A program made the position numbers and the translations under genes. A stretch of DNA of 64,000 bases, taken from Diplonema japonicum (lineage: Eukaryota; Protista; Euglenozoa: Diplonemea). Positions 17,701-27,348 of this stretch are shown one piece after another (position 1 is the first letter of the stretch; each line of letters begins with the position of its first letter). The stretch covers positions 353,685-417,684 of the forward strand of contig OZ025734.1 of the NCBI GenBank assembly GCA_964019335.1, given 5' to 3'. Under the pieces are notes generated by a model. It did not search any database. It was given only the letters and a program-made list of their open reading frames with translations, and had not been told where the DNA came from.

Positions 17701-20437
17701 CGGGAACCGAGGCGGAACCCTTGACCGTATGGCCATCCCACAACGCGACGTACAGGACAGGGTTCTTGAAATGAGGTGCGAACAACTCAAAGGACGAGCT
17801 GCTATTGGGGGGCGCCATGTGCGAGGTGTCGCAGTTGCACCCCCATACGTTTGGGCTGTGCAGCAGCCACGGTGGTGAGGCATCGGCCTCGTCCAGAACG
17901 TACTTCACGAGAGGCCTGCTGTGCGCCATGCCCGTCGTCCACTGCGAAGGGGTAACTTGGAGACAGGTCTCCTGCTGCGTGATGAGCTCCCATGACAGAA
18001 CTATCCTTCCGAAGTCTTCGTCTGTGTCTACGCTTGACACCACAAGGGGGGCTTCTTCTGCTGCGGAGGTTCTCTCGCCGTGATCAAGGACGAATGTCCC
18101 GGTACCTAAGAAAGAGTCGCTTTTGTCGTAAACGGACACCTCGAGGGTAGTAGTGCTTGATGTGACGGGGATCTCTGTCCACTCATTCCACATGAAGGTG
18201 TCCACGTAGCTCACAGACACGTAGTCAGTGTACACTGTCGTGAGGGGGGCCGCTTCGAGTGCAGTACGGCACTCCGTGAGCCTCGCTCGCACCTTCGCAT
18301 TGACAATGTTGGCAGGGGTCAGCCCTTCGCCTTTAACTAAGCAAACACGAAGCATCGACAGCTGCTTGCTCACCTGCCTGTTCTCGCACGTCTCAGAAAC
18401 AACACTGTACTTGTAAGCGACACTGCCAAGACCATTGTAAGTATTAAGGAGCTGCAAGTCTTCGGAGTTCCAATGCCCGTCACTCAGTTTTCGTGGTTCG
18501 AGCTGAGCTTCTACAGTAATCTCTTCGCAGGGCAACGTGGTGGTGTGCAAGGCACACGTACCTAGGAACGTATTCGTTCTCGCAGACAGCCCCCCGTTGA
18601 CCACCTCGATGTGGAAAGTGTTCTTAGGCGCAGTAAGTGGTAGGTCGAGTGTCTCGTTCCAAACAGGTGTTAGCGTCTCGTTCTGATCTTGCGACCGGTA
18701 AAGAAGCTCCGAGCAACCCTCTTCAACACGCAGGACCTGTATCACTGGGTTAGATGTTCTGTCTCCAAAGTTCTTAGGAAGGAGCCCCTTGGCCGACATT
18801 AAATGAAGCTTCAGTATGCTTCTCTTCGGTAAATTTGCAACAGGCGTCTCCGCTGCTTTGATTTCGTTGATCCCCACTGTCACGGTCCCAGCAGGTTTCT
18901 CATCGGACGACATGGGCCACCAGCTGAGTTCCTGCAGTGGGTCCCACACCTCCCTCCATCCTCGTCCTTCGCCGTCTACAAGGAGCTTCAGCACGATACC
19001 GCCAGAAGCCTCGACACTGCGGAGGAAGATAGGTGTGTTGGTGTCCTTGACGCTGGCAGTTGAAGCTATAGGGGCGTCGCTGAGCTTTCCCGTTACATGT
19101 GACCTGCTGAAGACTTCGACGCAGCAGGTGCTTGTGGAGGGGATGTCGAGAGTGCACCTCTCGATGAATATTTCCTTCGGTGCTGCCTGCAAGCCGAGGG
19201 GGCTGCACACGAACAGCGCACGACACGTGTCATGGACCGCCCACTGGGGACGGGTGTTCTGCATGATGCCTTCAAATGAAGCGACAACCTCGCCGTCCTG
19301 ACGGAAGATCTCAAAACGTGGGTTGACCCCGCCCTCTGACACACCACTGAAGAGGATGGCGTGGTTTGCGCTGAAGGCTTGACTGGCCACGACACCGTTC
19401 TTGGTAGTCAGCCTCACAGTGTGTGGACCTTCGGGCAGGCCCTCAGCATCAAGGAAGTGATATGAGAATGGCCCCACGTGGCACGTAACGGGCGCAGGCA
19501 TACTTCGCAACGGGGGCGAAGGGATAGACACAGAAGGCACGGAGACAAGTGAAGGGGACTCGGCAACCGACCGCAAAGGGGACACGGCGGTGACGCCTTC
19601 GGAACGTTCTTCTAAATCGCCTTGTTGCGAATACCACCACTTAACTATGACATGGCCTACGTGGCTGCTGCTGTTGTCTTTGTAGAGACCCACATCTTCT
19701 AAGGACGGGGGGTCGAGGAGCACTTTAATCGGCTGCTTCATGTCATCCTCGTTGCCTATCGCCAACTCTGCGACACCCTTGCAATCGCCTGCAGAGTACA
19801 AGGCAAGGTGAATGGTGTTGTGCTGCCTTGTTATTTGAACTGGTTTGGAACGGCTGGAAGCAGAAAGGTCGGCGGTGAGCACATCTGAGGATAAAGACAG
19901 AATTGCGGCGGAAGAGAGGTGAGATGAGCAGTGCTCGAAATAAAGGTACGTTTGGGGTGACTGGGGCATGGGGTCAGGCCGTGCAAGACGTGCTCGCCGT
20001 GCGGAAAGGGTCTCGGTGGAGTAGGAGAGGTGCAGTCTACCAACAGGAGAGAGGGGAAGTACGATGTGAGCAAGTGGAAGGTCAGGTGCAATGTCCAGCG
20101 TGGCCGTGCACGGTCCTCTTGCGTCCTCAGTCACTGTCACGTGCAGCTCCGTGGGAAGCCTTGCATGCAGCTCGAGACTCTCCAACCACATATTACTGAA
20201 GGTTTCTGCCGTGGTTGCTGTCTGACCATCGGCCTCCAGCTTCACAACGGACCCCTCAACATCCACCACCCTGGCCACCCTCACCGTCACCACGCTCGCT
20301 TCTTTGGCTTCTCTTGCACATTTTTCACTCACCTCCTCCTGCACCCGCTCCCTCTCCTCTTTCCCCTCCTCGCTCACCAAACTGAAGCTCGACAGCGACG
20401 TATTGAAATCCCTCGCAGGCGATCCCCCATCGCTCAT
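14706..20437 (-). CDS. Multi-C2-domain / Kelch-repeat protein with C-terminal RLYY repeats; exons 20437-15480, 15415-15343, 15287-14706 (about 1870 aa)
   Basis: C2 motifs (LKLHLMSAKGL..TSNP..TLTPVWNE; PDPVWNQRFQF) and Kelch motifs (RxGHS..MWVFGG). Two GT-AG introns join the 1653-aa and 152-aa ORFs in frame. Confidence 0.82.
15288..15342 (-). other. cis-spliced intron, 55 nt
   Basis: AAG|GTACAG...aaagaaaaagaaaaaaaaaattcaaaactacaaCAG|TCT. Phase 0, gives KKVVK|SDVEILSITDRL, which resembles the downstream (T/I)(D/E)RL repeats. Confidence 0.75.
15416..15479 (-). other. cis-spliced intron, 64 nt
   Basis: AG|GTAGTG...aaaacaaaaacaaaaaacaaaaaaaCAG|G. Phase 2, removes the apparent TAG stop and keeps frame (VAR-LGRQ). 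Confidence 0.75.
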
Positions 20438-20674
20438 GCGGTTCAGCCAGCACCCCCCACGAGTGGCTGGAGCCTGTTCACCTAGTTTAGGGTTGTGAGT
20501 CTCAGTTTGACAAAAGCGATAAATATAGCAAAATGCAACATGAGGGGAAAATAAGGGTAGCGTGTAGTGGTGGGGGATGGTGGGGATGGGGGGAAGTGTT
20601 TCAGAATAAAAAAGCCATTAGTTGGCTTGCATGAGAGATTTCTTTTTTTTCTTCTTCTTTGCCTTTTGGCAATT

Positions 20675-21910
20675 TCAGTACCTAATCTGCTTGAGAGGCT
20701 TCTCCACAGCAGAGATCTTCGGCTCGTCGCCGTACCAGAGAGTAGGTTGCTGTGCTGTTTCGATAGAACGCTTGTTCCTCTGCGATTGGGACTGCGATTG
20801 CGACTGGGATTGGGACTGCGAGGGTTGGCTTTGCAGTGGCTCGCCACACAAGGCGGCCTCCAATCTTGCTTTGTGGTGCTGGTCTATCTCGGCACCCACA
20901 TCGGAGGCCATGATCTGGTTGAGTGTATTGACAGCCTCGTCTGTCGTCACCACGCGGCACGACGCATCCAGCAGCCCCCATTCCTTGAGCTGCATGATAC
21001 ACGCTTTGGCCTCCTTGCAGGACATTCCGCATGTCTTTTCAAGCTTGCGCACTGTAGTGACGCCACGCTTCGCAAAGGATATGACGAACGCTTTCATGTA
21101 AGCACGCTCCTCCTCGGATGCCGAGTGCAGCCCGTCGACTATTTGTTTCAACGACTTAGTGCTGCATCCAGACGCGGGGCAAGATCCTTGGCTGCTGCTT
21201 CGCACGTCTTCCATCTCCCTCCCGCCTTCTTTGGCTGGCTTGTCCAGCCACTGCCGGGACGCCCTCACGTGCAGGTCGACCACATGGTAGGTCGTTGCGA
21301 CATTGCCCATCTGGAGCAGAACCGTGTTGGTTTCATTGGACGAGAACTGAGAGCGTTCCTCTGGAGTGACTGCTCCGAAGAATGGCGGCTCGTAGTCGGT
21401 AGGCGTGGAAGGGTCGAATTCAAGCTTCATTGTGACCGTGCGGGTAGCGGGCAAATCGGTCAGAGACTGTGTGAGGATGACCAGCTTCCTCATGACGAGC
21501 TTCATGTTGCGGGCGACCTCCTCTTTGGACTTCGGGACCTGCGACCCGCTGGTGCTCATGACCACTTTGGCACCTCCTTCAGGGTACTCCATGGAGAAGT
21601 CGTACGACTCGAGCACCTCCCCTGAGTCTGCTAGGATCACAACAGACAGCATCTTTAAGTACTGCCTCTGCAAGGCATCGAAGACTCCCTTCTCCAGCCA
21701 GTCGATCACCATCTTCACCTCCTTGCTGTTCGGGATTAAACTTTTCAGATTCACACCCGAGAGCATCTTGTCGGTGAAGCATTCGTCGGGGAAGATGTTG
21801 CGCAGGTACGCTATTGTGCTCACTGCCGTGCGCATCGTGTTTCTCACAAGGATCAAGCTCTCCTGTGCAGTCACAAGCTCCTGTCTGTGAATCTGAGTTG
21901 CGGAGGGCAT
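20675..21910 (-). CDS. HOP1: Meiotic HORMA-domain protein (Hop1/HORMAD/ASY1 family)
   Basis: N-terminal HORMA (VSTIAYLRNIFPDECF, IDWLEKGVFDAL, ESYDF, TPTDYEPPFF), SQ-repeat cluster, C-terminal KISAVEKP resembling a closure motif. Confidence 0.9.
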   Translation of the reverse strand: MPSATQIHRQELVTAQESLILVRNTMRTAVSTIAYLRNIFPDECFTDKMLSGVNLKSLIPNSKEVKMVIDWLEKGVFDALQRQYLKMLSVVILADSGEVLESYDFSMEYPEGGAKVVMSTSGSQVPKSKEEVARNMKLVMRKLVILTQSLTDLPATRTVTMKLEFDPSTPTDYEPPFFGAVTPEERSQFSSNETNTVLLQMGNVATTYHVVDLHVRASRQWLDKPAKEGGREMEDVRSSSQGSCPASGCSTKSLKQIVDGLHSASEEERAYMKAFVISFAKRGVTTVRKLEKTCGMSCKEAKACIMQLKEWGLLDASCRVVTTDEAVNTLNQIMASDVGAEIDQHHKARLEAALCGEPLQSQPSQSQSQSQSQSQSQRNKRSIETAQQPTLWYGDEPKISAVEKPLKQIRY

Positions 21911-22138
21911 AGTACGAGAAAATGTGTATAAACCTGTAGTTTAGCAACGTAACAGCAGGCAATGCAAGAGAAAGAGAAAGAAAAAAGAGGGGGGGGATAG
22001 TGTGTAAAAGGCTACTAAAGGCTATAAAATAAGAAAACCCCTGGTCGCAAGAAGAAGAAAAAAGAGAGAGAGAAAAAACTAATGAATACCATTGGCAGCG
22101 ACTTAATGTACAAGGGAATAATAAAAAAAAAAGAAGAA

Positions 22139-22305
22139 GGTATCTTTGAAGGGAACCTGCATATGCAACAGGATCGCCTATAAAAAAAAAGGGGGGTTTG
22201 GCTCCGCGTGAGGTATCTCATTTTGCAACTCCTTCAGGTGCTGTCCTCATCAAGGCAAGAGGACCGTCAAGGGCTCCTAGCATGTCGGAGAGTACTGTTC
22301 CCATT
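22139..22305 (-). mobile_element. 5'-truncated 3' end of a LINE related to the 52660-55323 element
   Basis: About 42-nt motif TAGGCGATCCTGT..CATATGCAGGTTCCCTTCAAAGATACC matches 52660-52702. Upstream residual frame LDGPLALMR resembles the LINE ORF end YDGPKALPR. Confidence 0.6.
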
Positions 22306-22456
22306 CAGAAAAATAAAAGAAATTGTTACATGCCGGGGGGGGGGGGGGGGGGGGGGGGGTAGAAACCTGGAGAAAGGTTTCAAAAAAACCACGTTCTCGA
22401 CAAGTCAAAAGACTCGAGAAAGAAAAAATCCCGGAAGAAAAAGCACATATATCATG

Positions 22457-23965
22457 TCACCCAGCAGAAGGTGCCCCATGGCGAGAGAGTTTTTGTTGCC
22501 CCGAAGGGGATCTTATAAGTGGTGACTTTGACCCGCACGACCCACACATGGCTCTGTATGAAGATCTGTCGCCTAAAAATGTTGTCGTGTCAGACATGGA
22601 AACCCCACCATTTGCAGAGTAGTAGATAGCAGCGTAAGGGTACAGGGGTGTAGGGAGGGGATCCTTTTCAACAACGAACAGGAGAGTCTTTGTGGTGTGG
22701 TGGTAGAAGGAGACAGTGTTGTCGCTGAAGTTCACCATGATCCCGATGTCGGTGAAGGGATTTGACAGCCAGTCGTCCTTCTCCACGTGTTTGGTGACGG
22801 TGCCGCCCACAGCGCGAACCTTGTTGCAACAAGGTTCGTAGAATATAGTCCCTCTGTCATCTGTTAGGAAAGGGTCCTCTTGCGGTGGTGTTCTGCATGT
22901 TGACACACCCACAAGACAGTCGTGGGGCGTTCTCAAATCGTGGATGGTATACACCCAATAGTGTTTGCCTTTTGAAAATTTGTTCAGCGCGACAACCACA
23001 TCCCACCCGTCCTTGTAATAAGGCTTTCGGAGGTGGTTCTCGCCGTCGTAGCTGCTGATGTCCTGCGTGTCGTCCCATCGGAGGTGAATGGCGCCCCGTC
23101 GTTGCGCTGTTTCCTCCACACCCAACACTTTGTTTTTAAAAGCTGAGTACAGGACATCCACAGGGACGATGGACATGGCCTCCACGATGGACAGCTCTTC
23201 CTTCGTCATCGTCGTGAAGTTGATAAACTTCAGAAACCCGTGAAGGAGGTCCTTCGCAGAGCAGCCTTGCTTGTCCGTCTCGCGTTGCACGCACCACCCG
23301 TGCAACTGTTGCAGGATGTTCACATCGGAGTCGATAACAGCTTCCCCAACAAGAATGAGCAGCACGTCCTTAGGGATATCATGAAGGGCGTCTGAGTACA
23401 GAACGTCTGTCATTATATTGGTCTGCCTGGCATATGCTACGCAGTGCTCCCTCAGTGCGCTGTCGTTGTACAGCAGTGCAGCGTTCAGAACATCGAACAC
23501 AGTTTGTTCTGATATCCGTGTTTTGAGGAACCTCACAGTGGCGTCGCGCAGCAACGACAGCTGGAAGAAGACGGCAGCGTCGAACACCTCAAGCGCGGTG
23601 TCAAGTGTGATGTTTGTTTCGCAGCAATATATGTGCCGCAGGACTGTAATACACGTTGCGTGTGAATAGTGCATCTCGATGACGGGTGTGCTCTCCTCAG
23701 CCCATCCCGACTCAAACATGGATCTGTACGTTGTGGAGTGCACCCCCAAGATGCTGCGGTGCGCGTAGATCTCTTGCTTCTCTGTGGAGCCTTGCACCGC
23801 CCCTGTCTGCAGCTTCACATCTGACATGAACTGGTTGTCATACAGCCAGTCGAACTTCGCCACGTGAACCGCCGCATTGCTCCCCACAGGGTGCCTGTCG
23901 CTTCCCGGGCTGCTGCTCCCGTCGTCTTTGAACAGATGGTTCGGATCTAGCCTTTTAACATGCAT
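22457..23965 (-). CDS. BTB/POZ-BACK-SPRY protein
   Basis: SDVKL..IYAHRSIL..S.TYRSMF (BTB), helical BACK-like region, GKHYW..IGIMVNF..VSFY..LYPYA (SPRY). Confidence 0.9.
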   Translation of the reverse strand: MHVKRLDPNHLFKDDGSSSPGSDRHPVGSNAAVHVAKFDWLYDNQFMSDVKLQTGAVQGSTEKQEIYAHRSILGVHSTTYRSMFESGWAEESTPVIEMHYSHATCITVLRHIYCCETNITLDTALEVFDAAVFFQLSLLRDATVRFLKTRISEQTVFDVLNAALLYNDSALREHCVAYARQTNIMTDVLYSDALHDIPKDVLLILVGEAVIDSDVNILQQLHGWCVQRETDKQGCSAKDLLHGFLKFINFTTMTKEELSIVEAMSIVPVDVLYSAFKNKVLGVEETAQRRGAIHLRWDDTQDISSYDGENHLRKPYYKDGWDVVVALNKFSKGKHYWVYTIHDLRTPHDCLVGVSTCRTPPQEDPFLTDDRGTIFYEPCCNKVRAVGGTVTKHVEKDDWLSNPFTDIGIMVNFSDNTVSFYHHTTKTLLFVVEKDPLPTPLYPYAAIYYSANGGVSMSDTTTFLGDRSSYRAMCGSCGSKSPLIRSPSGQQKLSRHGAPSAG

Positions 23966-24274
23966 TCTCCCCCCCTCTCTCAAAGATTAGTCAGTGTAAG
24001 GAGACAAACAATAAGAAAGGTGTCTAATACGATAGGGGGGGTACACGGATACAAAAGGGGAGGTGACAGAGAGCATGGGTAACAATAATAAAAAAGAAAA
24101 TTGGGGTGGGGTGGAGGGAAAAAAAGGGGGAAGAGGAAAGGATCGGGTTACAGTTAAGCACATTTCAGAGACCATGAGGATTCTGCGCTTGTTCGAACTA
24201 GTCAATCATGGCCCTAGCTAATTAACGTCATCTGAGACATTTCCACAGCAGTCCGATCTCAAAATAAGAAAAAA

Positions 24275-24305
<31 letters not shown>

Positions 24306-24611
24306 CAGTCAATAAAAGAAGCACGGAATTGGGAGGGTAAGTAAACAATTTTACCCCTCATATAATATCGGGGCGTTTTTTTTTCCCCCCAAAAAAAGAG
24401 GTGGGTGGGGATATACAAATAATTTTCGTTCTTTCATTATTTCCTTCGTTGTTGACACTTAACATCTTTCATTCATTTCATATTACAAAGGGTTAAAAAA
24501 AATATAAAAAACCACAAAAAGAAAAGGAGTGGGGGGGGGGGGGGGGGGGGGCAATTATTAACAACAGTGGACGAAGTGAGGAGGGGTTACAGGTTGTGGG
24601 TCTTTGCGCTT

Positions 24612-27014
24612 TCATTTGTTCCCCCAATTGGCATAGATGTTTTCTGAACCTGAGCCTTTCACACGGGCACGGTCTGTGTGCTTGGCTTCTGCAACAAGCT
24701 CACGGGTCGTCATGCCACCGTAAAGTGATCCAGGAGAATCCTCGCCATCTGTGAGTCCAAGCTGGCCACTGACCCAGTCTAGCCGTTTTTCTGCGTCAGC
24801 AATGCCATTTAGGTCATTGATGTAAGTGAACCAGCCCTTCCAGTGGCCAAGGTTCACCTTGTTGTTGTCGCTCTCTAGCTCTTTCAGGAGGCTCTTCCAG
24901 TTGTCCCCACAGTTCAGCACCTTAGGCAGCTTGTCTAACAAGGCTTTGTCCTTCCACCCCCCACGTTCGCATACTGCAGCAAACACTTCCTCTGCCCTCT
25001 TCAACATATCCTTCAGTCTCATGTCCTCTTCCTTCTTCGCCTCTTCGATCCCCTCGCGTTCTTGTTCTTCCCGCTCTCTTCTTTCCTTCTCCCTCTTGCG
25101 TTCATTCTCACGGTCCCTCCTCTCCCGCTCTGCCTCTGTTCTTCTTCTCTCGGCGTCCCTTTCCCGCTCGAGATCTCTTTCCTTCCTCTTCAGCTCTGCT
25201 TCCTTTCGCTTTCGCTCGGCCTCCATCTCGCGCTCTTTTTTTTCCAGCTCCCGTTCCCGTTGGCGGAGCTTGCTGTTCTCTTCCCCTAGATCCTTTTCTC
25301 TTTGCGAGTTATCGCCGAAACCGATCCTTGCCAGCTTCTCCAGCTCGCGGACACGCTCCTCTAGAGCATTGCGCTTCCTGTACTCTTCATCGGCTTCTGC
25401 CTTCGCAGTATCGGCACGGTCCTCTGCCGTCTTGATGGCGTCCTGAGCCCTGCGTGCCAGGAGGTCGAGCCTCTCGTCGAGGACGTTGATGCCGGAGTCC
25501 TTCTCTGTGTCCGTGGCTGCGGCTGTGGCGTCCTTCTCCTTGGGTCCTCCGTCCTTGTCGTTGCTGGACATGTCGACACCTCTGCGAGAGATGTCAGGAA
25601 CCACATCCTGGCCTTCCTGTACCCTGTAGGAGAGAAGCATCCTGTCATGCAGCCTAGGGCTCCTCCTCTCCCTCCCCGGGCTGTTCGTCATGACGTACTC
25701 CTCAGTTGCTTTTTTCGTGGTGGCGGTCACAGGGGACGAGGGGTACGCAGGTGCCTGGTACTTAGACAGCTGCGTCCTGTACGTGTCGCGTGGGGTCTCG
25801 TACCTGAGACGCGACTCGGTAGTCCTGGAAACATGCCTCCTAGCAGGGGACCTGTGCGTTGAGAATCCACTCGGATCGCCTGCTTTGACTGAGTTTGTGA
25901 GTGCCTCGATCTCACGGCGTAGCAAGTCTGCTTCCTCAGCCCGTGCTAAGGCGTCTTGGAGCTTGCCCTCAAGGCTGCGCTGGGTGGCACGCCACTGGGA
26001 ACGCTCGTCGTCCAGCTGGTTGATCAGCTCTCGCTCCTGCGTTTATGTGTTTTGTTGGTATTCTTGCCTGCATACCTTGTCTCTGCCGATCCTGTCCGAG
26101 TGCGACGCTAGACGCAGCTGCTTAAGGCTCGTGTTTTCGTTGCGCAGAATGAGCAGCTCCTCTTCCAGCTGTGCCCTGCGCAGCCTCTCGTGGTTGAGCT
26201 GTTCGGTGTTTGCGTTTGGCTTTGGTTTGAACTCCTTCAGGTGGAAAATCTCTTCTTCTAACTGGCAGATTTTAGACTGCAGTGTGGTCACTTCGGATTC
26301 TGCGCGGAGGCGCCTGTTGAGCTCGATGGCGAGCTCGTCTTGCAGGGTGTTCTCTTTTTCGCTTGCTAGAAACATGCGGGACTGTGCTGAGCGTGTTTGG
26401 ATCGCGGCAGCTTCGAGCTGCAGTTGCAGCTGTGAGATCTCGTCGGTGCTGGTGGGGTTGGTGGGGAGTGTTGGGGGCGCCGTGAGTGGGAGGGGGAGGG
26501 GGCCCTGGGTGGGGGACACGACAGGCGACGCTGGGTAGCGCACTGCGGACAGTGCTTGAGAGATGGACGCGAGATGAGAAGACTGTGCTAAGGGCTCCTC
26601 CACAGTGAGGGTGAAGACAAGCCCAGCAGTAGAGATGCCAGACTGCAAGGTATCGATCGAGGTGACAGGCCGCCCGTCGACAGCCGTCACCACCATGCCC
26701 GCCCTGATGCCTGACGCCTCGCACGGGCCCGGCCACACTTCTGTTATTTTTGTTTCAGTGATCACATCGTCAAAGGCAAGCCCCAGCCTCTCACCTGCAT
26801 ACTCCCTTCGCACTACATAGTCCCTCTCGCTCACATCCTTGGGAGAAGGTGACTGCAACTTGTACCTCCTGTGCCTCGTATCCCTTCCCGAGTCCAGCGG
26901 TGGAGATTCAAGCTGCCTCCCTCTGTATGAGGACGATACATCTTCAGGTTGGGGGCTCACAGGACGCCCTACCCTCATCCTCTGAGGGGATAGCTTACGG
27001 AACCTTCCACTCAT
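24612..27014 (-). CDS. PDZ-domain / coiled-coil protein; exons 27014-26076 and 26036-24612
   Basis: PDZ (ERLGLAF..ITEV..GP..SGIRAGMVVTAVDG) followed by coiled coil. A 39-nt intron fuses two same-frame ORFs (RDK|ERELINQL). Confidence 0.85.
26037..26075 (-). other. cis-spliced intron, 39 nt
   Basis: AAG|GTATGCaggcaagaataccaacaaaacacataaacgCAG|GAG. Contains the in-frame TAA; removal restores a continuous coiled coil. Confidence 0.85.
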
Positions 27015-27348
27015 GACCCCTTCCCTGTGCTGGGGATATGCGTGTAAAAAGGAAAAGTAGAAAGAGAAGAAAAAAAAAAAGAGGGGGTGGAATAGAACGA
27101 GGAAAATAAAGGAAAAAGGAATAAAAGAGAAATGAGCTCAGCCACGACGATGCCTCCGCTTGGCGTTATTCTGCGCCGCATCCATCATCCCTGCTGCAAT
27201 CCTCGCGACAGCCTTCTTGGCTCGCTCAAAAAAAAAAGTATGCATGTAAATGACAATACCGGATGACGAATAACGAGTGTGTCGGATGGAGGGGGGGGCT
27301 AGGGGGGCTAGGAGGGGGAACTTTTAAAAGAGAAAGAAAATCATTTAG

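Noticed and set aside
20625-20682. Possible intron at the HOP1 3' end (AG|GTACTG followed by an A-rich tract)
   Set aside because: There is no nearby CAG acceptor or convincing downstream exon; unresolved without RNA data.
22195-22235. HDV-like ribozyme core (ACCUCACGCGG on the minus strand)
   Set aside because: The P1 and P2 pairings could not be built.
26043-26045. Stop-codon reassignment or readthrough joining same-frame ORFs
   Set aside because: A 39-nt GT-AG intron explains it, and genes in the window terminate normally at TAA, TAG and TGA.
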